Source of the DNA: an uncultured Spirochaetota bacterium
Lineage (GTDB): Bacteria; Spirochaetota; Brevinematia; Brevinematales; JAOACQ01
DNA: 64,000 bases
Direction of reading: 5' to 3'
Assembly (NCBI GenBank): GCA_963768055.1
Contig: CAVYGN010000001.1
Coordinates: forward strand, 576,001 to 640,000
Both the position numbers and the translations under genes were made by a program. The number at the start of each line of letters is the position of its first letter. Positions within the stretch are counted from its first letter, which is position 1. Of the stretch, positions 39,565 to 48,563 are shown in pieces. The notes beneath the pieces are model-generated. The model saw nothing but the letters and a program-made list of their open reading frames with translations. It had not been told where the DNA came from and did not search any database.

Positions 39565-40780
39565 AAGATTTTTGATGAAATGGAGCATTCAGCCAATCCC
39601 ACAAATTTCTACGGGCAAACAGGTTTGTCGGGAGCACCGAGCAGAGGGTATAAACCGACCATTGGAAGCTTGATTTGAATTTCAAATAACTCAGCATCAA
39701 ATAAGCGATCAAAGCGACCCATAATTGGGACAGCAACGCATTCCTAGACGTCCCCACGAAGCTCTTAACAATTAACTGCTGCTTGATCGTTTTGAAGAAT
39801 AATTCTATCTGCCACCTGTCTTTATATATTTTGGCGATAGTCAATGCAGACCAATCGAAGTTATTAGTTATGAGTATGATGCTTTTTCCTGTTTCAGAAT
39901 CGACCGACCTTATTCGCCTCAACATGCCTGGATATTTCTTGGTGGAATTAAAGCCAGTCCATTCGATATTCTGATCGGAAGTTATATTCGGATGACTGGA
40001 AACGTCAAAGCGTTCTAAAACCCTGTATTGAGAATTAGTTTTTAAACGGGTAACAAAGAATACACCAGCATTATCAAGGGCTTTCAGCCATTCAAATTTA
40101 TTGTAGCCTCTGTCAAAAACAACGACATCGTCTTTTTCAAAAGGTATGGAAAGAGCCGCTTTTTGCTCATGAACATTCCCCTCAGTCATAATGACAAAAG
40201 AAGGCAGATACCCCGAATGATTAAGTTTAACATGTAATTTAACCGCTCCTTTTTTCTTTCGAAAAGTCGCCCAATTATAGAGAGATAGGCACAAGTTAAT
40301 TGTCGTAGCATCCAGACTATAGAGAGGATTTTTAAAACGAAAGTTATGGCGGGGTGCAATTTCCTGACATTTGGACAGCATCAGGTTGAATATAGACTGA
40401 AACAGTTCGTGGGTTCTATGCTCATTAGCATATGCAAGGGTTGATCGATGGATTGGCTTAATTCCAAGATGATAAAGGCAGGAAGCCTGAGTCGCCAATC
40501 CTGCCTCGATTCCTCGCAGGCTGTCTTGACCTGCCAATTGGCCGAAAAGCATAGCCGTAAAATGATTCCAAGAAGTGAAGCCTCGGGCATAATACTCGGT
40601 GCCTGCCTCTTGAACGGCATTTTGAAATTCAAATCTCGGGATCATTTGCAATAACTGTCCGATTATGGTAGAATTGTTCATAAAGCCTAATCTCCTTATT
40701 ATATAATGATTTAGGTTTGCCGACCCAAATTATTATAAGGCATGATTAGGCTTTTTCATAATTTAATTTGGACACGTGTG
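39504..40780 (-). mobile_element. IS4-family insertion sequence with 9-bp TSD (GAAAAAAAT)
   Basis: TSD at 39495 and 40781; IRs CATTGCTGTCCAAATCAAATT / CACACGTGTCCAAATTAAATT. Confidence 0.9.
39524..40681 (-). CDS. IS4-family transposase (DUF4372 + DDE_Tnp_1)
   Basis: SLDAT; FDRGY; YKDRWQIELFFK (YREK motif). Confidence 0.95.
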   Translation of the reverse strand: MNNSTIIGQLLQMIPRFEFQNAVQEAGTEYYARGFTSWNHFTAMLFGQLAGQDSLRGIEAGLATQASCLYHLGIKPIHRSTLAYANEHRTHELFQSIFNLMLSKCQEIAPRHNFRFKNPLYSLDATTINLCLSLYNWATFRKKKGAVKLHVKLNHSGYLPSFVIMTEGNVHEQKAALSIPFEKDDVVVFDRGYNKFEWLKALDNAGVFFVTRLKTNSQYRVLERFDVSSHPNITSDQNIEWTGFNSTKKYPGMLRRIRSVDSETGKSIILITNNFDWSALTIAKIYKDRWQIELFFKTIKQQLIVKSFVGTSRNALLSQLWVALIAYLMLSYLKFKSSFQWSVYTLCSVLPTNLFARRNLWDWLNAPFHQKSSKPINPQLFLNFS

Positions 40781-40915
40781 GAAAAAAATAAATAATTATT
40801 GTTTGAAATGACAAGATTGGATGTGTTTTATTGATTAAAATCTTCTCTCTATTTATGATTCTAGTAATCTATTACCCATGTTATATTTGGGAATAATGAT
40901 GATGGGGGGTAATTT

Positions 40916-42391
40916 ATGAATTCTCCTATTAATCTGAATAAACTTAATTTTGGCGCTCCTGCTGCTGAACGTGATATCAATCAAGGATTAAAAACTTATT
41001 TTTACGAATCAGAATCATATAAGAAGCTTAGAGATGGATTAAAAACAGTTATTCTTGGGAATAGAGGTTCTGGTAAAAGTGCATTATTTAAAATGTTAGC
41101 TGAAGAAGAAAAATCTAAGGGTCATATTGTTATTGAATTGGCTCCTGAAGACTATTCATATGAAATTTTGAGTCAGGTATTGGTAAAAGAAAGAGAGGGA
41201 TCATGGGCTAAACAAGGAGCTTTTGCGGCTTCTTGGAAATTTATGATTTATGTTATTTCAATGAAAATGTTGGCAGAGAAAGACAATACATGGTTAAAAA
41301 GAAATGCTAAAAAAATTCATAACTATTTATCTGAAAATTATATAGGTGAACAACACACTAAATTTGATGCTCTGATATCTTATCTTAAACGTATTGAAGG
41401 TATTAAAATTGGACCATATGAAGCATCTGCTAAAACAAGAGAACTTCAACATCTCTATAAATTAGAGGAAATTAATGGTCTTCTTCTTGAGTTGAAAATA
41501 GCTTGTAATAAGTTTCCTATATCAATTTTTATTGATGAACTAGACCGTGGATGGGATTCTTCTGAAGATGCAAAGGCTTTTGTGGCTGGTCTTTTCCAAG
41601 CCGCTCTTTCAGTAAATCAATTAACATCAAAACTTAAAGTTTATATATCACTAAGAAAAGAATTGTATGATAATATTCCTGCACTATATGAGGATGCTCA
41701 AAAAGTCTTAGATTTGTTTGAAATAATTGAATGGGATGAAGATAGCCTTTTGAAAATGATTGTTAAACGTATTGAATACTCTTTTCCAGAATTGAAAAGT
41801 AAAACAGATATTGAAAAGTGGGTATCAATATTTTCGGAAACATTAGAGTATAGACAAACAAAATCTTTTAATTATTTAATTGATAGAACTTTATATAGAC
41901 CACGTGAAATGATTCAGTTTTGTACAAATATAAAAGAAAAAGCAATTGAGAATAGATCATATCCTATTGATTATGAAACAATATCTTTAGCAGAAAATTT
42001 ATATTCAGGAAACATGACAAAAGATATTGCTTCTGAATATCGTTTTCAATATCCTGGTCTGTTAAGTGTTTTTGAAACATTTAGAGGTAAAAGTTATAAT
42101 TTTAGTAGAGATGAGCTTGAATTACATTGTCTTTCTTTAATATGCGGTGAAATAAATATTAGTAATGAAGCTTCATGGATACAAAATCAAGAGCCTGATT
42201 TATTAATCACTGTGTTATGGAATGTGGGTTTTATTAGAGCACAAGCTGTTGGAGGAATTAAGGCAAAAAGGAGAAGTGGAAGTTCATATCTTGGTTCGTA
42301 TCAACTTTCTAATTTGAACTTAAATAATATAAATAATTTTCATATTCACCCTATGTTTAGAGTATTTTTAGGGTTAAAAGAATCAAAATAA
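40916..42391 (+). CDS. P-loop ATPase (Sll1717/FunZ-like)
   Basis: GNRGSGKS; IFIDELD; RPREMIQF; HIHP C-terminus. Confidence 0.75.
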   Translation: MNSPINLNKLNFGAPAAERDINQGLKTYFYESESYKKLRDGLKTVILGNRGSGKSALFKMLAEEEKSKGHIVIELAPEDYSYEILSQVLVKEREGSWAKQGAFAASWKFMIYVISMKMLAEKDNTWLKRNAKKIHNYLSENYIGEQHTKFDALISYLKRIEGIKIGPYEASAKTRELQHLYKLEEINGLLLELKIACNKFPISIFIDELDRGWDSSEDAKAFVAGLFQAALSVNQLTSKLKVYISLRKELYDNIPALYEDAQKVLDLFEIIEWDEDSLLKMIVKRIEYSFPELKSKTDIEKWVSIFSETLEYRQTKSFNYLIDRTLYRPREMIQFCTNIKEKAIENRSYPIDYETISLAENLYSGNMTKDIASEYRFQYPGLLSVFETFRGKSYNFSRDELELHCLSLICGEINISNEASWIQNQEPDLLITVLWNVGFIRAQAVGGIKAKRRSGSSYLGSYQLSNLNLNNINNFHIHPMFRVFLGLKESK

Positions 42392-42755
42392 TAGTACATT
42401 TTGATCCATCTTCTCCCTAGCCCCTTTTATTTTATTTACCAATCAAGATTATATATCTGCATTTTACACACATCCATAAATTCATTGCGATAAGCTATTG
42501 AAAGATTTTTGAAGCGGGGGTATAATATGGAGAAAGGTTTTAAATTTTAGGATTTGATAATGAATAAGATTAAAATAACAGAAAAAGTTAAATAAAAATA
42601 ATAAAATAGTTGAAAATAATATTTTTAATAGTTTTAAACGATTTATTCTTTACTGAAAAAGAATTACATTCCTATTTTCATCATTTGTTTGTCGTTTATG
42701 ATTAATTCTTTATTATAGATTTAGAATCGCTTAGTAGATAGCTTTAAGAAGAGAA

Positions 42756-44084
42756 ATGACGAGTTACAGAGCCAAAGTAAATATTTATGGAGGTGATTTG
42801 AAAAATAACAAATATGAAATCGTATTAAGTTTAATTACAGGAATAATTTCATCAATAATCTCTTCAATTATACTTCAATATTTGAACTTAAAAATCTCCC
42901 AAATAGCAATATATCTTTATTCTATTTTTTTATCATTTATAATTTTAGGATTATTAATCACATATATAGTTATTAGAAAAAGGATTACCAAATATAAGGA
43001 GGACGTTACAGATTTTTTAAATGAGGTAAATAAAAGAATATTATCGTTATCTTATGAATGTTCAACAAGAAAAGAATTCCATGACTGGATTTCAAAAGGA
43101 ATATTAATGTATTTAAATGCAATTCCAGGATTATTAGCCTTAAAATATAAAACCACAGCTAAATCAACTTCAAAGAAATCCCAATTTTTTGCTGCTTTAT
43201 ATTTTTATAATAATGTAAAAGGAAATATTACTTTTGAAAATTATGGATTAAAAGAATTTGGTATTGAGGGAGAATCATTAATTAGCGCAGATCATATTAA
43301 GGGTTTATCAGATGATACAAAGAAGAATGCCACTGATACAATATTTGGATGGGTACTTGACCAAGAAAAAACAAAAGAACATAATATTATGCGAAAAGCT
43401 GAAAAGTTGGGAAGTAAAATGGCCTGGAATCCTAAGTTTATTCAGACTGGTATAGGAAATAATAAATATATATCAATTAAAAGTGGTTTTTCAATATTAC
43501 TTGAGTATCAAGGAAACAATATAGGAATATTAGGTGTTGGGGCTACAGAATATTATGGAATATGGCTTGATGAGTGTGCATATATTCAACAAATATCCTC
43601 TAATATCATCCAATGGCTTATACATATGGAAAACTTATGCCCATGGCATAGAAGGGGGTGGAGACAGATTAATACATTAATTCCTATAATAGACTATAAG
43701 TTTACTTTTTCAAAAAACCAATATTCAGATGAAGAAGTTGATGAGAAACTAAATAGACCAGAATTTGAACATTTAAAGGGCTATTATAAAGAAAGAATTA
43801 ATATGATTAAAAATTCTAAAATTGATGAAGTCTATATAACAGGTTCTTTTAATGGTTGGAGAAAAGACCATTTAAAAATGAGATATAATAAAGAAGCAAA
43901 TGAGTGGGAAGTAATTATTCATCTTCCAAAAGGAGGAAGCGAAGATGCAGAAAAAAAGAAAGATGGATATTATGAGTATTGTTATATTGTAAAAATAAAT
44001 AACCAGGATTATTGGATATTTAATGCTTCCGCCGATATTAAAAGAGGAGATCAGAATAATATCAATTCAGTGCTAATATTGTGA
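42756..44084 (+). CDS. 2-TM membrane protein with C-terminal CBM48/AMPK glycogen-binding-like domain
   Basis: EVYITGSFNGW..MRY...WEVIIHLPKG..YEYCYIV. Confidence 0.65.
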   Translation: MTSYRAKVNIYGGDLKNNKYEIVLSLITGIISSIISSIILQYLNLKISQIAIYLYSIFLSFIILGLLITYIVIRKRITKYKEDVTDFLNEVNKRILSLSYECSTRKEFHDWISKGILMYLNAIPGLLALKYKTTAKSTSKKSQFFAALYFYNNVKGNITFENYGLKEFGIEGESLISADHIKGLSDDTKKNATDTIFGWVLDQEKTKEHNIMRKAEKLGSKMAWNPKFIQTGIGNNKYISIKSGFSILLEYQGNNIGILGVGATEYYGIWLDECAYIQQISSNIIQWLIHMENLCPWHRRGWRQINTLIPIIDYKFTFSKNQYSDEEVDEKLNRPEFEHLKGYYKERINMIKNSKIDEVYITGSFNGWRKDHLKMRYNKEANEWEVIIHLPKGGSEDAEKKKDGYYEYCYIVKINNQDYWIFNASADIKRGDQNNINSVLIL

Positions 44085-44681
44085 GTAAATTTGGAGGGTG
44101 TATGTGTGATATTGAGAGTAAGGGTGCAATTGAAAAATTATTAGATGGTGACATAGATGAATATACATTTATTAAGAATTTCAATGGGAATTGTTATGTT
44201 CCTTCCTTTCGTAGTAATTTAGATATGGCTATTCGAATAAAAAAAGGAGTTTTAAATAAACTATTTAAAAAAATAAAAAATAGTGAATAAGTTTAATCCT
44301 TTTTAAAAAGTATCTTAAGCAAGGAGTTAGGTTAATCGGAACTATCCACATAATTTTTGGTGTCTGGTATCATTCAATAATATTAATACTTTTAGGACTG
44401 CTAATTATTTTATTCGGCTAGTTCCGAGGCGTTTTATTTCCGAATAAAGGTTTATGAGGAACTTCTTTTAAATTTTAGAAGAGTTTATAGGAATTCAGAG
44501 TAAAATACCCCTTACTTTATCTAAATTTGGGCGAAGTTATAAAAGGTGCTTAAAGTAAGCACCGGCAAAAAGACATTATTTGTGCCTTCAAGGGTCAAAT
44601 GGTAATCACAATCAGGATTCCCCTCTTAATTCTAAGCAGAATTCCACCCCAGACTACAAATAGAATTCCCCCTGTAACTCC

Positions 44682-44700
44682 AGTCTGGCATTGCCAGACT
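44682..44700. promoter_or_regulatory. Perfect 19-bp palindrome related to the repeat-A core
   Basis: AGTCTGGCA-T-TGCCAGACT. Confidence 0.6.
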
Positions 44701-44780
44701 TATAGCCTTTATTTAATTTATTTGAAAAATTTTTTCCATAAAATTATAATTGAGAAAATAGTAGAATAAGGAGAGAGACT

Positions 44781-44978
44781 ATGGCAGAGGATGATGAAAT
44801 TGACTCAGTTGATGACTCAGAAGATAATTCGGGTTATGATGAAGATGAAGGCTTAGATTTAGTTGATGAATCGGACCATGAAGAAGAATATGAAGAAGCT
44901 GGTTATTATGACTCTCCTTATGAAGAAGATACAAATGATGGGGAACTTCCTACTGATGGGGATGATGAATATTATTGA
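44781..44978 (+). CDS. Extremely acidic small protein
   Basis: AAGGAG RBS; roughly half D/E, no K/R. Confidence 0.6.
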   Translation: MAEDDEIDSVDDSEDNSGYDEDEGLDLVDESDHEEEYEEAGYYDSPYEEDTNDGELPTDGDDEYY

Positions 44979-45096
44979 ATGAATTCTTCATATTTACTCT
45001 TTCATCACAAACAATTTTCCTCCATAACATCGATTTTAACTTTTTCAAAATCAACCTTAAAATCAAGGCAGAATAATATTACAAAGGGGTAAATCA

Positions 45097-45720
45097 TTGG
45101 AAAATGGATTAACAGGAATACCCACAGACATTTTTGACCAGAAACTGACTGACAGATTTCACAGTGAATCTCTAAAATGGGTGGAAAAGAATGTAAAAAG
45201 CAGATATTTAAATAGAACCATTGAAGAAGGAATAGTTTTAGTTTCAAACATATATGAAAAATTCAATGAGATACTGCCATATTTTGAATCAAAATCCTCC
45301 TGCACAAAGGGATGTGTAGCCTGCTGTAAATTTTTTGTTGAAACAACAGCTTTAGAATATCTGATTTTAAAACAGTATTTCCTGGGAAAATTTAATAAAG
45401 AAGAAAGGGAAAATATTATAAATAAGGCTCGGCTGTCCATGAAGGAAAATATGGATGTTAAGACTGTTAAAATTTCTAAAGTGGATTATTTTAATAAAAA
45501 CATTCCCTGCATATTTTTAATCAATAATGAGTGCTCTGTTTATGATGCCAGACCGTATCAATGCAGGAAATACCTGTCAGCTGAGGATAAGGACAAATGC
45601 ACAGGTGTATTTTTTTCAATAAGCGTAATGGACTTATTATCACAAGCTATTGTAAAACTGAATGTCGATGTTTATAATGAATCGATGATAAGCTCATTGC
45701 CTTTGTGGATTGTTATCTGA
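45097..45720 (+). CDS. YkgJ-family cysteine-cluster protein
   Basis: CTKGCVACC; PCIFL..NECSVYDARPYQCR. Confidence 0.85.
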   Translation: MENGLTGIPTDIFDQKLTDRFHSESLKWVEKNVKSRYLNRTIEEGIVLVSNIYEKFNEILPYFESKSSCTKGCVACCKFFVETTALEYLILKQYFLGKFNKEERENIINKARLSMKENMDVKTVKISKVDYFNKNIPCIFLINNECSVYDARPYQCRKYLSAEDKDKCTGVFFSISVMDLLSQAIVKLNVDVYNESMISSLPLWIVI

Positions 45721-45967
45721 CTTGAATCAAGGGAGCTTATAGACAAGAAATGAAACTCGGGGCTATATAATTCTCCACTTTCACCGGTTTCACTTTCCTA
45801 ATAACACCGATCTGATTTTTCGCTTTTGATGGAAGCAGGGTGGTCCACTAAAAATGCCGGGGAGGTGGGTCATGAAGGTGCAGGATCAATAAATCAAAAT
45901 CAAAGATGTGTTGATTTTTTAAAATTATTTTGATATAATAATTTTTATTGAAAAGGGAAATAGTAAA

Positions 45968-46624
45968 ATGAGACTAAATAAAAATAAAATTGAAAGTCTT
46001 ATAATTGGTGCTATTGGCTGTTTGGTTGTAACAAATATTATTCAACCTCTATTAGTATTATTAGCTAATTTGCTTATAAATGTTGGAAATAAAGTTTTTC
46101 CAAAAATAATAAATAGCATTTATATAGACATAGCCTCTGGTTCAACTAATTATAGCTTTATAATATTTTCATTATTATTGGTGTTAGTAATGGCAGTGTT
46201 GATTTATAGAGTTCATTTTTTATATGATAAATTAAGAGAATCAATAAAAAATCTAAAAGAAGCAATGCTAGGAAAAAAAGAACCTACTAATGAAGAAATA
46301 GAAGAATCTAAAAGGAAAGCTGAAAATATTTTAAAAACATCTGGAAAAATATTAAAAACAGATAAAATAATTTCAATTATTCTTTTATCAATAATTATTA
46401 TTAATATTATTTATATAATCTCGATTGGTTATTATAAAGACCAAGAAATAAGTAAATTTAGCCAGGTTATAAAAATATTGCATCCATATATAACTGAGCA
46501 AGAAAAAAATATTTTAGAATCAAATTTTTCATCAATGAGTTCCTATCAAGATTATAAGAATTTATATGATAAAATCGCTTTAATATGCAAAGATAATAAT
46601 ATTATTATGAAATTCAATTATTAG
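45968..46624 (+). CDS. Hypothetical membrane protein
   Basis: Three hydrophobic segments; 218 aa. Confidence 0.6.
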   Translation: MRLNKNKIESLIIGAIGCLVVTNIIQPLLVLLANLLINVGNKVFPKIINSIYIDIASGSTNYSFIIFSLLLVLVMAVLIYRVHFLYDKLRESIKNLKEAMLGKKEPTNEEIEESKRKAENILKTSGKILKTDKIISIILLSIIIINIIYIISIGYYKDQEISKFSQVIKILHPYITEQEKNILESNFSSMSSYQDYKNLYDKIALICKDNNIIMKFNY

Positions 46625-46680
46625 TATTTTGTCAATATAGAAAATATTTCAAAACATGATTATTATTACTTTTAAGATTA

Positions 46681-47253
46681 TCACCCCTTCTTCCCCATCT
46701 CTTCAACACAATCCAGCCCAGCATTTATTAAGAGATCATTGAACATAATCTTCTTCTCATTTATCCTGGCTGTTTTTTGAAGCATATTCCCATCTATGAT
46801 TTTCTCCCTGGCTTCTTTGAGCTTGTCGCTAATGAAATCATAAAACCATAGCTTGAGGTGAATTTTATTTTTGATCGGTTGCCCTGCTATTTTGCCCTTT
46901 AATTTAAGCAAATATTCGCAGCCATTCTTAATTATAAACTCATTAAAATATCGTGCTTTGCCGGCAAATAACTTCTCTACATACTTTTTCTCAATCTCAA
47001 AATACCTGTTATAAACAATCTTTGAAACAGTAAAGGTGCTAAAATCAATCTTTTCAGTGGTGATATTCTTACCCATTTTTGAAGCATTTTCTTTAACTAC
47101 CGCTTTAAATACCGGGATCACTTTTTTCATAATCAGCTTATCCAGGGTTTGAGGTTCATAGTCTCTGATGAGTATTTTTCGTAATACTTTGTATTGTGCT
47201 TCAAGTTCTCTTTCTTCTTCATCATCCGCATAGTTTGGCAGATTAATAGGCAT
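46681..47253 (-). CDS. Hypothetical protein
   Basis: AAGGAG RBS; 190 aa. Confidence 0.6.
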   Translation of the reverse strand: MPINLPNYADDEEERELEAQYKVLRKILIRDYEPQTLDKLIMKKVIPVFKAVVKENASKMGKNITTEKIDFSTFTVSKIVYNRYFEIEKKYVEKLFAGKARYFNEFIIKNGCEYLLKLKGKIAGQPIKNKIHLKLWFYDFISDKLKEAREKIIDGNMLQKTARINEKKIMFNDLLINAGLDCVEEMGKKG

Positions 47254-47445
47254 AAAGGGGCTCCTTATTGATTTTCCATTATTTTACTTTGTTTTTGCCA
47301 AAATGTAAATGATAAAAGGCTTGTTTTTTGGGTGGGGATGTGATAGAATAAATTTGAAAATAAATATTGTATAAATTATTTAGGTGTTTTTCTTAAAGCT
47401 TTCTTTTGGGTAATAAAGTGAGAATAATTATTATGGATATAGGAG

Positions 47446-48198
47446 TTGTATATGAAAATTCCAGTTTTTATTAGTTATTTTGATAAGGATAAAAGGAAGC
47501 TTGAAATATTAAGAAAGAAATTAATAGATACTAATTATTTTGAACCTATAATAATCGCCGACAGAAAAGAGCCTATGAAATCATTAATTTCAAAAGTTAT
47601 AACTGGAATAAAAAGTTCAAAATATTTTATTCCCATATTAACGATTAGATCAATTAATGAACAATGGATTAATCAAGAAATAGGTTATACTATTTCTTAT
47701 AATGAAAACAATCAAATCAAAATTTATCCTATTATTGAAAAAAAATTATTAACAAAACTAAAAGGGTTTGTCCATAAGGAATTCGATTTGCCTTTCTTAT
47801 TTAATACTCATTCCAATAAAGGGGTTGAAAATAAAAATTATAGTAGATGTATTGATGGTTTAATATTACATTTAACAGCAGAAAATAAAGCGATAAATCC
47901 TTCAGATGTTTTTATTGGTAAGTGGAAGAATGAATGTTCTCAAGGTTCACAAAATGGTTCAGAAATATTCTTTATTAAGGATCAGAATAAATATTTCACA
48001 GGGGATCAGCATTGGTTTAATATTATAGATTTTAAATTTGATGAAAAGGGGAAAACTTTAAGTTTTAATAAAATTGGTATTAAAGAAGGAGATAATAGGA
48101 AATTAGTAAATAATTTAAAAATAATAAATAATGAATTATTTGAAGGAGAAGAAATAGATAATAGCATTATTTGGGAAATTAAGTATTCAAAGCAATAG
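47446..48198 (+). CDS. TIR domain protein with C-terminal beta-rich domain
   Basis: VFISY; GIKSSKYFIPILT..S...WINQEIG. Confidence 0.8.
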   Translation: MYMKIPVFISYFDKDKRKLEILRKKLIDTNYFEPIIIADRKEPMKSLISKVITGIKSSKYFIPILTIRSINEQWINQEIGYTISYNENNQIKIYPIIEKKLLTKLKGFVHKEFDLPFLFNTHSNKGVENKNYSRCIDGLILHLTAENKAINPSDVFIGKWKNECSQGSQNGSEIFFIKDQNKYFTGDQHWFNIIDFKFDEKGKTLSFNKIGIKEGDNRKLVNNLKIINNELFEGEEIDNSIIWEIKYSKQ

Positions 48199-48208
48199 AT
48201 TATAATTT

Positions 48209-48412
48209 CTAATCTTCCACCAATTCCAGCACCTTTTCACCATGGAGCTTTGATATAAGGGTTTCCCTTACCAATTCATCAGATGCCGGTACTTCTAAAG
48301 AAAGGGAAGCGATAGTTTCACCATTATCCAGAATTTCTGTTATAAAAGTTTCATCAAATTGCTTTGTCTGAATCCAATATAATTTTCCATTAAATTCAAT
48401 GTAATGTGGCAT
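48209..48412 (-). CDS. Small hypothetical protein
   Basis: AAGGAGG RBS; 67 aa. Confidence 0.55.
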   Translation of the reverse strand: MPHYIEFNGKLYWIQTKQFDETFITEILDNGETIASLSLEVPASDELVRETLISKLHGEKVLELVED

Positions 48413-48504
48413 ATTACCCTCCTTATAAAAAAATATCGGATAAATTTATTTTGAGATAAGGGGGAAGATCAAATCCTGGCATGGTCAGACAAATCCATAA
48501 TCTT

Positions 48505-48533
48505 TTGCCTGAAATATGGGGCGGGTGTATAAT
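48505..48533 (+). promoter_or_regulatory. Sigma70-like promoter for the R-M gene
   Basis: TTGCCT-17 bp-TATAAT. Confidence 0.65.
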
Positions 48534-48563
48534 GAACAATGGAATCAAGGTGGTTTTTATAAA

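Noticed and set aside
45838..45885. IS21-like terminal repeats (GGTGGTCCAC / GGTGGGTCAT)
   Set aside because: Only two short degenerate motifs; no istA/istB and no matching other end.
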